Assembly: GCA_045047115.1 (NCBI GenBank)
Contig: JASFYR010000025.1
Span: 1 to 48,661 of the forward strand
Length of the DNA stretch: 48,661 nt
Source: Sulfurospirillum sp.
Lineage (GTDB): Bacteria > Campylobacterota > Campylobacteria > Campylobacterales > Sulfurospirillaceae
Reading direction: 5' to 3'
How positions within the stretch are numbered: position 1 is the first letter of the stretch; each line of letters begins with the position of its first letter. A model generated the notes under the pieces. That model ran no database searches. It was not told the DNA's origin and was given only the letters and a program-made list of their open reading frames with translations. Shown here piece by piece: positions 9,621 through 18,935 of the stretch. Both the position numbers and the translations under genes were made by a program.

Positions 9621-10679
9621 CTAAAACAGTCCTTTCTTGTCAACGGGTATCCAAGAATAGTTTAGCAAATCAACACTATTGAACTTGGGAAATTTAGCTC
9701 TGAGTTGCTTCATGTTTTTGATTTTCATTTTTCTCAACTCTTTGGCGGTAAAAAGCATAGGTGGTATCAGGATATTGTGTGGTATCTTTATGCCGGCAAT
9801 TTCCAGTGCAATTGCTCTAAGAGAAACCGCACCGATGGAAGCTGGATTTGTAGCAGCTGTCGCAGCCCATGGACTATCTGGCTTTATCATTTCCCTTATA
9901 TCTTGAGTTGAAATGTCCGCTGTATAGACTTTTACTTTATCTTGCTTTCTAGCTTCTCTAAGAGCCTGGACTACACCTTTTCCAAGCTCATCATAAGGTG
10001 CAAAAAATGCATTTATCTCAGGATGCGCAAGCAGTACAGCTTTAACTTGATCTGCATTTTTTGCAGCTATCGGAGATTCAAGAGTTCCTGTTTTTACTAT
10101 CTCTTTTATGCCAGGATACTCTTTTTTGATTTTTCTCCAACTTCTGTCTCTCTTATCCAGCGGTAAAATTCCTGCTATACTGACATATCCAACATTTGCT
10201 TTGCCGTTAAAATCTTTCACCATAGCTTTAAGGGCTAACATTCCTAGCAACTCATCATCTTGTGCGATTTGAGTAATTTTTGGATTTTTCAAATCAACAT
10301 CAAACGCAACAACAGGAATTCCTGCTTTAATAGCATCGGCCGCAGGTTTCATCATAGTCTCGCTTAAACCATGATCGATGATAATTCCATCTACTTTCAT
10401 ATTTATCGCTTGATAGACAAAGTTCGCCTCTGCTTGATTGTCCATACTCTTGCCAAAAACAGTAAGTTTTATACCTAATAAATTTGCCTGTATCTGAGCA
10501 CCTGCTCTATATGTCTGCATAAATTCGCCCTCTGTCATCTGTCTAATTAGAGCAACATGTATCTTTTTTGAACCATTAAATGGAGGCGGAGCCCCTTTTA
10601 AGCCTTTGGCAAGTGCACTATTTGCACCTAAAAACATTCCTAGTACTATAGAAAGTACTACTAAAAACTTTAACTTCAT
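9621..10679 (-). CDS. Sugar ABC transporter substrate-binding protein (probably methylthioribose/5-deoxyribose)
   Basis: Signal peptide; RbsB-like fold motifs (VDGIII, AGIPVVAFD). Substrate inferred from context. Confidence 0.85.
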   Translation of the reverse strand: MKLKFLVVLSIVLGMFLGANSALAKGLKGAPPPFNGSKKIHVALIRQMTEGEFMQTYRAGAQIQANLLGIKLTVFGKSMDNQAEANFVYQAINMKVDGIIIDHGLSETMMKPAADAIKAGIPVVAFDVDLKNPKITQIAQDDELLGMLALKAMVKDFNGKANVGYVSIAGILPLDKRDRSWRKIKKEYPGIKEIVKTGTLESPIAAKNADQVKAVLLAHPEINAFFAPYDELGKGVVQALREARKQDKVKVYTADISTQDIREMIKPDSPWAATAATNPASIGAVSLRAIALEIAGIKIPHNILIPPMLFTAKELRKMKIKNMKQLRAKFPKFNSVDLLNYSWIPVDKKGLF

Positions 10680-10693
10680 TTTTTCTCCTTTTG

Positions 10694-11677
10694 CTAGATT
10701 TCTGATTTTGACAGACCGAATGTAAATATCAAAGCCGCTACCAGCACAATACCCTTTATAAAATCCTGTGTATAATATGGCAAAGATAACATAGTTAAAC
10801 CATTTAGGAGCATACCGATAAATATGACTCCTACAACACTGCCAAACGCATTTGGTTTTTTTACTCCCAATACCGCATACCCTATAAGTGCTGCGGCTAC
10901 TGCATCCAGCAAGAGTCCACCTCCGCTTGTCACATCTCCTCTGCCGATTCTTGCTGCTAGCAATATACCGGCTATCGATGAGATTGTTCCGGATATTACA
11001 TAGGCTGCTATCTTATATCTTTCAACATTTACGCCTGCTAATTTTACTGCTTTTTCATTTCCTCCTATCGCGTATAAAATTCTTCCCCACTTTGTATATT
11101 GAAGTATAAAGTATGTAACTATCGCTAAAATTGCAAAGGCTACGACAGGCACGGGAATTATATTGAACAGTCTTCCTTGACCCAAAAACAAAAACTGTTG
11201 CGCAAACTCTCCCTCAGCCTCACTTCCATTTGCAAGCATCATACCCGTTCCTATAGACATGCCAGCTGATGGTATCAGCTGCAAGCCTTGAATCAAAAAC
11301 ATCATTCCCAAAGTTGCCAAGAGATCCGGAATTTTTGCTTTCACTATCAATAAGCCATTTACCAATCCTATAGTAACACCGAGTAAAATAGAGAGTAAAA
11401 TCGCATATATATAATTCAGATTCAACACAACCATAACATAAGATGATATCATCACACAGATGGCAGCAGTTGAACCGATAGACAGGTCAAAACCATCCAC
11501 TATAAGGGTAAATGTAACTCCCAATGCCAAAATCCCGACTATGGTGACTCCCAGTAAGATAGAAAACATATTTGACCAGCTCCAAAAAGATGGCTCAAGC
11601 AATCCAAAACCCAAAAATGAACCTGCCATAACTATCAAAAAACCATATTTGATGGCAAATACTACAAATTTTTCCAA
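10694..11677 (-). CDS. Sugar ABC transporter permease (RbsC-like)
   Basis: GFDLSIG, GR.LYAIGGNE.A..LAG, LDAVAAALIG. Confidence 0.92.
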   Translation of the reverse strand: MEKFVVFAIKYGFLIVMAGSFLGFGLLEPSFWSWSNMFSILLGVTIVGILALGVTFTLIVDGFDLSIGSTAAICVMISSYVMVVLNLNYIYAILLSILLGVTIGLVNGLLIVKAKIPDLLATLGMMFLIQGLQLIPSAGMSIGTGMMLANGSEAEGEFAQQFLFLGQGRLFNIIPVPVVAFAILAIVTYFILQYTKWGRILYAIGGNEKAVKLAGVNVERYKIAAYVISGTISSIAGILLAARIGRGDVTSGGGLLLDAVAAALIGYAVLGVKKPNAFGSVVGVIFIGMLLNGLTMLSLPYYTQDFIKGIVLVAALIFTFGLSKSEI

Positions 11678-11681
11678 ACCT

Positions 11682-13187
11682 CTATCCTTCCTGTGTAATC
11701 AAACTCAAAAGCTTATCTCTGTCTATCTTGAAAGTTCTCTCGTTTGAGAGAATTCTACCCCTGTTCATAACCATAATTTTATCCGTCATATCCACCAACT
11801 CATCTATATCACTTGATATCATCAAAACCGAGCTCTCTTTGGTACTCTCTTGTAGATATTGACTTATGTCTCTTCTTGATTTTATGTCAACTCCTTGAAA
11901 AGGCTCATCAAGTATCACTACCCTATGTTTCATCAAAAGCCATCTTGCTACGACAACTTTTTGTTGATTTCCACCTGAAAGTGACTCTATTTTTGCATCA
12001 AACCCTTCACACTTTATGCCCATGTCGCTTATCATTCTTTTTGATGCTTTTATCTCATTTTTCTTTTTTAGCACTCCGTTTTTAGAAAAAAAATCCAAAA
12101 ATGGAAGTGTAATGTTATTTTTTATGGATTCTTCGGGAATAACAGCATTTACTGTTCTGTTTTCAGGCACCATATGAATCCCGTGTTTTATGGCCTGATG
12201 TATATCTTTAAAATTTACGCTTCTGCCCTCTACCAATATCTCTCCACTTACTGGCTTTCTGATGCCAAAAAGAGTCTCAGCAAGTTCTGTTTTTCCAGCA
12301 CCATTCAATCCTATAAGCCCTACTATTTCACCAGAGTAAATCTTCATATTTATTGGCACATTACTGCCTTCGACTACTAGGTTTTTTAGCTCAAGCACTA
12401 CTCTCTTTGCACTCTTCTCATCATAAGTTCGCTCAAATACACTCTCTAAATCTCCAACCATAGCCTTAACAATCTGCGAAATCTCCAAAGGCTGATTCAA
12501 AAGACCACCGTATTTACCGTCTCTTATAACCCCTACTCTGTTTGAGATTTTTTTTACCTCTGCAAGATAGTGCGATATAAAAAGTATGGAGACACCCTCA
12601 TCTCTTAGTCTATAAAGAGTATCAAAAAGCATCGCGGTTTCTCTATCAGATATAGATGAAGTCGGTTCATCCAAAATCAAAAGTTTTGGTTTTGTAGCAA
12701 GCGCCCTTGCAATGATAATCATCTGTTTTTCACTCTGGGTAACATCTTGGATATTTTTCTCCATTTCAAGATATCCCAGATCCATCTTTTTTGCTATCTC
12801 TTTTGCTCGTGCGGTTATCTTTTTTTTGTCATAAACAAAAGAGGCATCAGGAGAAACTATCATCTCAAGAGCGAGATTTTCAGCCACGCTCATATTTTGT
12901 ACGATTCCCTGCTCTATACTTTGGTGCACCACTTGGATACCGGCTTCATAGGCATCTCTTGGGGATTCAAACTTTATCAACTTTCCATCTATATATATCT
13001 CACCCTCATAATCGGCATAATACCCGCAAAGTATCTTTATAAAAGTTGATTTTCCAGCACCATTTACACCAACTATCGAAAATATTTCACCCTCATAAAA
13101 ATCAAAACTGACTTTACTAAGAGCCTTTGTTGCCCCAAATGTTTTACTTATGTCTATAGTTTTGATTATGGGCCGTCTATCCTTCAT
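11682..13187 (-). CDS. Sugar ABC transporter ATP-binding protein (RbsA-like, two NBDs)
   Basis: GVNGAGKS, LILDEPT, ISH, LSGGNQQK, LDEP.QGVD. Confidence 0.93.
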   Translation of the reverse strand: MKDRRPIIKTIDISKTFGATKALSKVSFDFYEGEIFSIVGVNGAGKSTFIKILCGYYADYEGEIYIDGKLIKFESPRDAYEAGIQVVHQSIEQGIVQNMSVAENLALEMIVSPDASFVYDKKKITARAKEIAKKMDLGYLEMEKNIQDVTQSEKQMIIIARALATKPKLLILDEPTSSISDRETAMLFDTLYRLRDEGVSILFISHYLAEVKKISNRVGVIRDGKYGGLLNQPLEISQIVKAMVGDLESVFERTYDEKSAKRVVLELKNLVVEGSNVPINMKIYSGEIVGLIGLNGAGKTELAETLFGIRKPVSGEILVEGRSVNFKDIHQAIKHGIHMVPENRTVNAVIPEESIKNNITLPFLDFFSKNGVLKKKNEIKASKRMISDMGIKCEGFDAKIESLSGGNQQKVVVARWLLMKHRVVILDEPFQGVDIKSRRDISQYLQESTKESSVLMISSDIDELVDMTDKIMVMNRGRILSNERTFKIDRDKLLSLITQEG

Positions 13188-14401
13188 GGTCTGTCTATCT
13201 CTTCTAGAACTTCATCCATGCTGTTATATTCTGAAGTGATAAGTTTGCTCGCACACTCTAGTATCTTCGTCTCTATTTTAGCTCTTCTGTCCAAATCCTC
13301 AATACCCGCAACATCAGCAACTTTTGCAAGTCCAACAGTTCGTCTAAACATCTCACAAGCCATAAAGCCTACAGTGTCATCAAAAATATCTTTTATAAAA
13401 CTGTCCGCGTAGTATTCAAAATGTTCCATTCCATCAGGATAATCCCACTGCAAGGAAGCTCTTTTTTTCTCATTTTCCAGCATATTTGTCTTAAATTTTA
13501 AAGCAAACATCTCCCAGGTATTTTTTATCATATCTCGCACATAATCTCTATATCCATCTTCATCAACTCTAAGTGAAAGATACGACATAACAAGGTTTGC
13601 AATATAAATCCCCACATCAAAACCGATAGGTCCATAAAAAGCAAATTCCGGATCTATAACATAGGTCTCTTCTTTGTTTAACATGATGCTTCCAGTATGC
13701 AAATCCCCGTGTAAAAGAGCCTGGGCATTACTCATAAACTTGTACCTCATCTTTGCAACTGCTGCTTTTACATCTCTATCTTCTCTAAACTTTGTGACCA
13801 CTGACACATCAAGTTTTGGATTGTACTCATTTGTTTCATTCTTTTCATAAGGGTGAGTAAAGATAAAATCCTCAGTTATCTTGCAAAGTTCTTTGTTTAT
13901 AAATTTTTTAACACTCTCTTTCTTTTCCGCACTATCAAGATAAAAATCGCTCGTATAAAAGAGTGTATCGGCTAAAAAAGTAGATATATGCTCACATAAA
14001 AGTGGAAAAACTTCCCTGTTTATCATCTCACTTCTTAAAATCTTGTGAGAAGAGAGATTTTGCATAACAACAAGTGACATATCGACAGAATCATAGTAAA
14101 TCTCAGGCACAAAAAGCGGGCATATCTTTCTTTCTCTCTTCAGTGCCTCTATCTCAAAAACCATTCTAATCCGACTAAGAGGATACTCTTCGCCAACACA
14201 TCTCAAAAATGGTACTGCCTGCTTTAAAATGAGACTTTTTTTGTCACTCTTAATGATATAGACAAAGTTTAAATTTCCATCACCAATCTCACTAACTTCA
14301 AGTTTTTCGATTAGTTCATCATCCTTTAAAAGCAGAGTTCTAATTTCCAAAGTTTTATCAATATACTCTCTAATCAAATCATTGTTCAGTACTCTATACA
14401 T
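13184..14401 (-). CDS. mtnK: S-methyl-5-thioribose kinase
   Basis: EIGDGNLNFV, KQA.P, LLHGDLHTGS, IDPEFAFYGP.GFDVG, RR.VGLA.V.D. Confidence 0.95.
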   Translation of the reverse strand: MYRVLNNDLIREYIDKTLEIRTLLLKDDELIEKLEVSEIGDGNLNFVYIIKSDKKSLILKQAVPFLRCVGEEYPLSRIRMVFEIEALKRERKICPLFVPEIYYDSVDMSLVVMQNLSSHKILRSEMINREVFPLLCEHISTFLADTLFYTSDFYLDSAEKKESVKKFINKELCKITEDFIFTHPYEKNETNEYNPKLDVSVVTKFREDRDVKAAVAKMRYKFMSNAQALLHGDLHTGSIMLNKEETYVIDPEFAFYGPIGFDVGIYIANLVMSYLSLRVDEDGYRDYVRDMIKNTWEMFALKFKTNMLENEKKRASLQWDYPDGMEHFEYYADSFIKDIFDDTVGFMACEMFRRTVGLAKVADVAGIEDLDRRAKIETKILECASKLITSEYNSMDEVLEEIDRP

Positions 14402-14416
14402 TGTGTCACCTTATAA

Positions 14417-14458
14417 GAGTTATATAGGTACATATCTATTTATGTTCCTATATAACTC
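14417..14458. promoter_or_regulatory. 18-bp inverted repeat; candidate GntR operator of the mtnK operon
   Basis: GAGTTATATAGGTACATA-tctatt-TATGTTCCTATATAACTC (17/18 match), lying between a minus-strand TATGAT -10 (14459-14464) and the mtnK SD. Confidence 0.7.
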
Positions 14459-14657
14459 ATCATACAACTTGCAACATTAAACAAGACTAAAATCACCATT
14501 TAAGTTTAAATTTCTACCATAATATGTAACATTTTTACACAATATTAAATAATCATCCCTCCAGTAAACTGGGTATATTTTTTTACTTTTGTTTTAAATT
14601 AGTTTAGCTATCATATCTTAAATTTTATAGACTCCAAACTATCAGAAGGATTAAGTT

Positions 14658-15020
14658 ATGTCATCACAGGTTTTTCTAGCATCTTCTATCGTAGCTGTGT
14701 TAGTTATCTCTATACCTATGCTTTTTTTGGCGACAAGCAAATTAGGGCCTAGAAACAAGAAGCAAAAAGAGAAAAATATATCTTATGAAAGCGGTGTTAC
14801 AAAATCCATAGGCAATAGCAACAATCCATTTAGTGTGAAGTTTTATCTAGTTGCACTCTTGTTTGTGCTTTTTGATGTTGAGATTATATTTATGTTCCCT
14901 TGGGCGGTAAATGTCAGAGAGTTAGGCTGGTTTGGGATTGCAGAGATGTTTACATTTATGGCTCTCCTTTTAGCAGGCCTCATATATGTGTATAAAGCAA
15001 AGGCATTAACATGGCAATAA
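14658..15020 (+). CDS. nuoA: NADH-quinone oxidoreductase subunit A
   Basis: YESG, FYLVALLFVLFDVE..F.FPWA. Confidence 0.95.
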   Translation: MSSQVFLASSIVAVLVISIPMLFLATSKLGPRNKKQKEKNISYESGVTKSIGNSNNPFSVKFYLVALLFVLFDVEIIFMFPWAVNVRELGWFGIAEMFTFMALLLAGLIYVYKAKALTWQ

Positions 15021-15547
15021 AAATGACAGACCATGGCGAAGAGGCGATATTTGGCGATAGCGTAATCACTACAAAACTTGATCACGCAATATCATGGGCA
15101 AGAGAGTCTTCAATGTGGCCATATATATTTGGTACGGCTTGTTGTGCTATCGAATTTATGAGTGTTGCTTCAAGTAAATTTGATATATCAAGATTTGGAG
15201 CTGAAGTAGTCAGATTTTCCCCAAGACAAGCAGATCTTATGATAATAGCGGGAACCATAAGCAACAAACAAGCACCAATACTTAAAAGGATATACGACCA
15301 AATGACAGAACCCAAATGGGTTATGAGTGCGGGAGCATGTGCCTGTAGCGGTGGATTTTACGACAACTATACTACCTTGCAGGGGGTAGATGAAATCATC
15401 CCGGTTGATATATATATCTCAGGTTGTCCACCTCGTCCAGAGGCTTTTTTGGACGGCTTAATGCAGATACAAAAACTTCAGGCTAAACCTAGCAAATACT
15501 TACAAAATAGAGCAAAAAGAGAGTTTAAAGGTAGATTGGATGCTTAA
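15011..15547 (+). CDS. nuoB: NADH-quinone oxidoreductase subunit B
   Basis: GTACCAIE, SPRQADL, GACAC.GG, GCPPRPE. Confidence 0.96.
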   Translation: MAIKMTDHGEEAIFGDSVITTKLDHAISWARESSMWPYIFGTACCAIEFMSVASSKFDISRFGAEVVRFSPRQADLMIIAGTISNKQAPILKRIYDQMTEPKWVMSAGACACSGGFYDNYTTLQGVDEIIPVDIYISGCPPRPEAFLDGLMQIQKLQAKPSKYLQNRAKREFKGRLDA

Positions 15548-17204
15548 AGCGTGTGATGAAAAGCTAGATTTCAGCAAAGAAAAAAATAACAGATATGTAG
15601 TAAAATTAGAAGATTTAAAAAAAGTCATAAAGTATCTGAAAGAGAAGTTGAGATACGATTTTTTAGTAGATATAACTGCGGTTGATTACTCTACATGTAA
15701 AGATATAAAACCAAAAAGATTTGCCATCATATATATACTAAGAGATAATAACTTTGACAATCTTATCGTACTAAAAGCATACCTAAATGAAGAAGAGATC
15801 ATAGAGTCTATCACTGATCTCTATAAATCTGCAAATTGGAGCGAAAGAGAGGTGTGGGATCAGTATGGTCTAAAATTTAAAAACCATCCAAATCTAAAAA
15901 GAATACTCAACCATAAAGAGTTCAAAGGACATCCTCTAAGAAAAGACTACCCTATCACCAAAAATCAAATTTGCACAAAAACAGATGATTTGCTAGATGA
16001 GATGACACCAAAATTAAAAGCAAAGGGATATGAAAGCCATGATGAGGTGATGTTTCTAAATCTAGGACCTGCACACCCTGCCAGCCATGGAACTATCAGG
16101 ACATTTGTCGCACTTGAGGGTGAAACCATAGTGAGTGCAGTCAGTGAAATAGGATATCTTCATCGAGGATTTGAAAAATCGTGCGAAAACCATACATACA
16201 ACCAGATAATCCCCTATACAGACAGACTAAACTACTGTTCAGCCATACTGAACAATATAGCCTTTGCACACACGGTCGAAGGTATGCTAGGTGTTGAACT
16301 GCCAGAGCGTGGTCAATTTATAAGGGTAATAATCGGTGAGCTCTCAAGAGTGATAGACCACCTTGTATGTTTAGCCGCAAATCTTGTAGATATGGGAGCT
16401 TTGACAAACTACTGGTATCTGTACAATCCCAGAGAGACAGCTTATCACTTGCTTTCAAAATTAACGGGTGCCAGGCTTACCAACTCTTACATGAGGATTG
16501 GCGGTATGACTCATGATCTCTATGATGGTTTCGAGGCTGACCTAAAAGGGTGCATAAAAGATGTACAAAAAGGAATGGACGACTCATTAAGCCTGATAGA
16601 ACATAATAGAATTTTTCAAGACAGAGCCCAAAATATAGGTGTAGTGAGCAAAGAAGATGCTATCAACAGAGGTTGGAGCGGTCCAAATCTGAGAGCCAGT
16701 GGAGTAAATTATGATATACGAAAACAGCACCCTTACTACTTTTACGATACATTTGATTTTGATGTAGCTCTTGGGAGTGTCGGTGATGTATATGACAGGA
16801 TGATGGTGAGATTTGAAGAGATAAGGCAAAGCATCAGAATTATAGAACAAGCCATGAAGAGACTGCCAAAGGGTGATATAAATGTACCTGAGCACTCAAT
16901 CACATTTCCTAAAAAACAAAAAGTCTATACAAGCATCGAGGGTTTAATGAATCAATTTAAACTAGTTATGGACGGTGTAAAAGTACCTAATGGAGAGCAC
17001 TATAGTGCTATAGAGGCTGCAAATGGGGAGTTGGGATTTTATATAGTGAGTGATGGCAGCGGTACACCATATAGAGTCAAGGTGAGACCACCATGCTTTT
17101 TTGCCATGAGCTCTTTGCCTGATATGATAGAAGGAGAGATGGTAGCAGATGCTGTACTTAATCTTGGAAGTTTAAATATAATAGCAGGAGAGTTAGATAG
17201 ATGA
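15540..17204 (+). CDS. nuoCD: NADH-quinone oxidoreductase fused subunit C/D
   Basis: ERE.WD.YG, GHPLRKDYP (C part); NLGP.HP..HG, GYLHRGFEK, DRLNY, C-terminal GELDR (D part). Confidence 0.95.
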   Translation: MLKACDEKLDFSKEKNNRYVVKLEDLKKVIKYLKEKLRYDFLVDITAVDYSTCKDIKPKRFAIIYILRDNNFDNLIVLKAYLNEEEIIESITDLYKSANWSEREVWDQYGLKFKNHPNLKRILNHKEFKGHPLRKDYPITKNQICTKTDDLLDEMTPKLKAKGYESHDEVMFLNLGPAHPASHGTIRTFVALEGETIVSAVSEIGYLHRGFEKSCENHTYNQIIPYTDRLNYCSAILNNIAFAHTVEGMLGVELPERGQFIRVIIGELSRVIDHLVCLAANLVDMGALTNYWYLYNPRETAYHLLSKLTGARLTNSYMRIGGMTHDLYDGFEADLKGCIKDVQKGMDDSLSLIEHNRIFQDRAQNIGVVSKEDAINRGWSGPNLRASGVNYDIRKQHPYYFYDTFDFDVALGSVGDVYDRMMVRFEEIRQSIRIIEQAMKRLPKGDINVPEHSITFPKKQKVYTSIEGLMNQFKLVMDGVKVPNGEHYSAIEAANGELGFYIVSDGSGTPYRVKVRPPCFFAMSSLPDMIEGEMVADAVLNLGSLNIIAGELDR

Positions 17205-17674
17205 GTTGGAAATTTACTGAGAAAAATGAGAAAAAATTTCAAGATTTGCTAAAAAGATATCCGAAAAAAGATTCTTTGACACTTCCATCACTCTGGATGA
17301 TACAGTATCAAGATGGCTGGATTTGCGAAGATGCCATGAAATATCTCTCCAGCAGACTCGATATGTCTCCTATGGATATATACTCTATTGCATCATTTTA
17401 CTCTATGTTTCACCTTGAACCCGTAGGAAAATACAATATACAGATATGCAAAACACTTTCATGCAAACTTCGAGGAAGTGCAGAGATCAAAAAACATATA
17501 GAAAACAGACTTGGGATCAAGGCAGGAGAGACTACAAAAAATATGAAGTTTACTATAACAGAAGCTGAGTGCCTAGGCTCTTGCGGAACAGCACCTTGTG
17601 TATGTATAAATGACGACTATATACAAAATTCTACACCACAAATACTAGATAAAATAATAGGCGAACTAAAATGA
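17201..17674 (+). CDS. nuoE: NADH-quinone oxidoreductase subunit E
   Basis: ASFYSMF, CKTLSC and CLGSC 2Fe-2S ligands. Confidence 0.93.
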   Translation: MSWKFTEKNEKKFQDLLKRYPKKDSLTLPSLWMIQYQDGWICEDAMKYLSSRLDMSPMDIYSIASFYSMFHLEPVGKYNIQICKTLSCKLRGSAEIKKHIENRLGIKAGETTKNMKFTITEAECLGSCGTAPCVCINDDYIQNSTPQILDKIIGELK

Positions 17675-18915
17675 TACAAAAAATAGTAAGTAAAAACTTT
17701 GAGATAAAAGACTCACATCGCCTACATGTAGCAAAACAAAATGATAGATACTCATCCATAAAAAGGCTATTTTCCATAAGTAGCGAAGATGTCCTTGCAG
17801 AGGTGGACAAAAGTGGTCTAAGAGGAAAAGGTGGTGGTGGAGCAGCAACTGGCGGGAAGTGGAAGCTAATCCCAAATCCAAGCGAAAAACCAACATATCT
17901 CATAGTAAATGCTGACGAGAGTGAGCCCGGAACATTTAAAGACAGACAAATTTTGGAGTACGATCCACATCTTTTGATAGAGGGGATTATCTGCTCATCA
18001 TATGCCATTAAATCACATCATGCCTATATATATATAAGAGGAGAGTATGTTTTTTGGGCAAAAAGACTTCAAATTGCGATAGATGAAGCATATAGTGCCG
18101 GAATTATCGGAAAAAGTGTAATGGGGTATGATTATGAGCTGGAGATTACACTTCACAGGGGTGCGGGAGCTTATATATGTGGTGAAAAAAGTGCATTGGT
18201 AGAATCGCTGGAAGGCAAAAGAGGTCATCCCAGACTTAAACCACAACAAAAAGAACCAGAGTGGTTTTTTGGAAATCCTGCAGTCGTAAACAATGTCGAG
18301 ACGATAGCAAGTGTGCCATTTATCATCAAAGAGGGTTTTGAAACCTACAGGACATACGGCACAAAAGAAAGTCCGGGAAGCATGCTCTTTGGCATGAGTG
18401 GACATGTACAAAATCCAGGCATTTATGAATTAGAATTTGGTGAAAGTATGAGTGAATTTATACAAAAGATTGGCGGAGGCACAAATAGTGGCAAAAAGCT
18501 GAAAGCCATCATCCCCGGAGGTTCTTCTACACATGTTTTAAAAGCTGATGAGATAGAAGATATAACACTAGACTACGAATCCCTGAAAGCTCATGGCTCA
18601 AGCCTGGGTACAGGAGGAATGATACTGATGGATGAGAGCGTTTTTATGCCAGATGTCGTCAAAAATCTATTTGAATTTTATCACCATGAAAGCTGTGGTC
18701 AATGCACTCCTTGCCGCGAGGGCGTAGGCTGGAGCAACAAACTAATGGGTAAGATACTAGACGGAAACGGAACAAAAAAAGACTTAGATACTCTCATGGA
18801 TCTAAGCTTTATATTAAATGGAAAGACTATCTGCGTCTTTGCACCATCCGTCGCATACATCATAGATAGCTACATAGGAAAGTTCAGGGATGAGTTCTAC
18901 TCTTTAGTAAAATAA
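17671..18915 (+). CDS. nuoF: NADH-quinone oxidoreductase subunit F (divergent nucleotide site)
   Basis: NADESEPGTFKDR, GAGAYICGE, NNVET, ESCGQCTPCREG...C. Confidence 0.93.
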   Translation: MIQKIVSKNFEIKDSHRLHVAKQNDRYSSIKRLFSISSEDVLAEVDKSGLRGKGGGGAATGGKWKLIPNPSEKPTYLIVNADESEPGTFKDRQILEYDPHLLIEGIICSSYAIKSHHAYIYIRGEYVFWAKRLQIAIDEAYSAGIIGKSVMGYDYELEITLHRGAGAYICGEKSALVESLEGKRGHPRLKPQQKEPEWFFGNPAVVNNVETIASVPFIIKEGFETYRTYGTKESPGSMLFGMSGHVQNPGIYELEFGESMSEFIQKIGGGTNSGKKLKAIIPGGSSTHVLKADEIEDITLDYESLKAHGSSLGTGGMILMDESVFMPDVVKNLFEFYHHESCGQCTPCREGVGWSNKLMGKILDGNGTKKDLDTLMDLSFILNGKTICVFAPSVAYIIDSYIGKFRDEFYSLVK

Positions 18916-18935
18916 ATCATCATACCTGATACTTT

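Noticed and set aside
14525..14572. TGTAA-N5-TTACA palindrome and CCAGT-AA-ACTGG mini-hairpin upstream of nuoA
   Set aside because: Too short to exceed chance in AT-rich DNA and no confident match to Rex, FNR or Fur consensus.
15540..17204. Group 4 [NiFe]-hydrogenase large subunit
   Set aside because: No Ni-binding CxxC pairs; it has the NuoD His/Tyr quinone-site motifs and a GELDR end.
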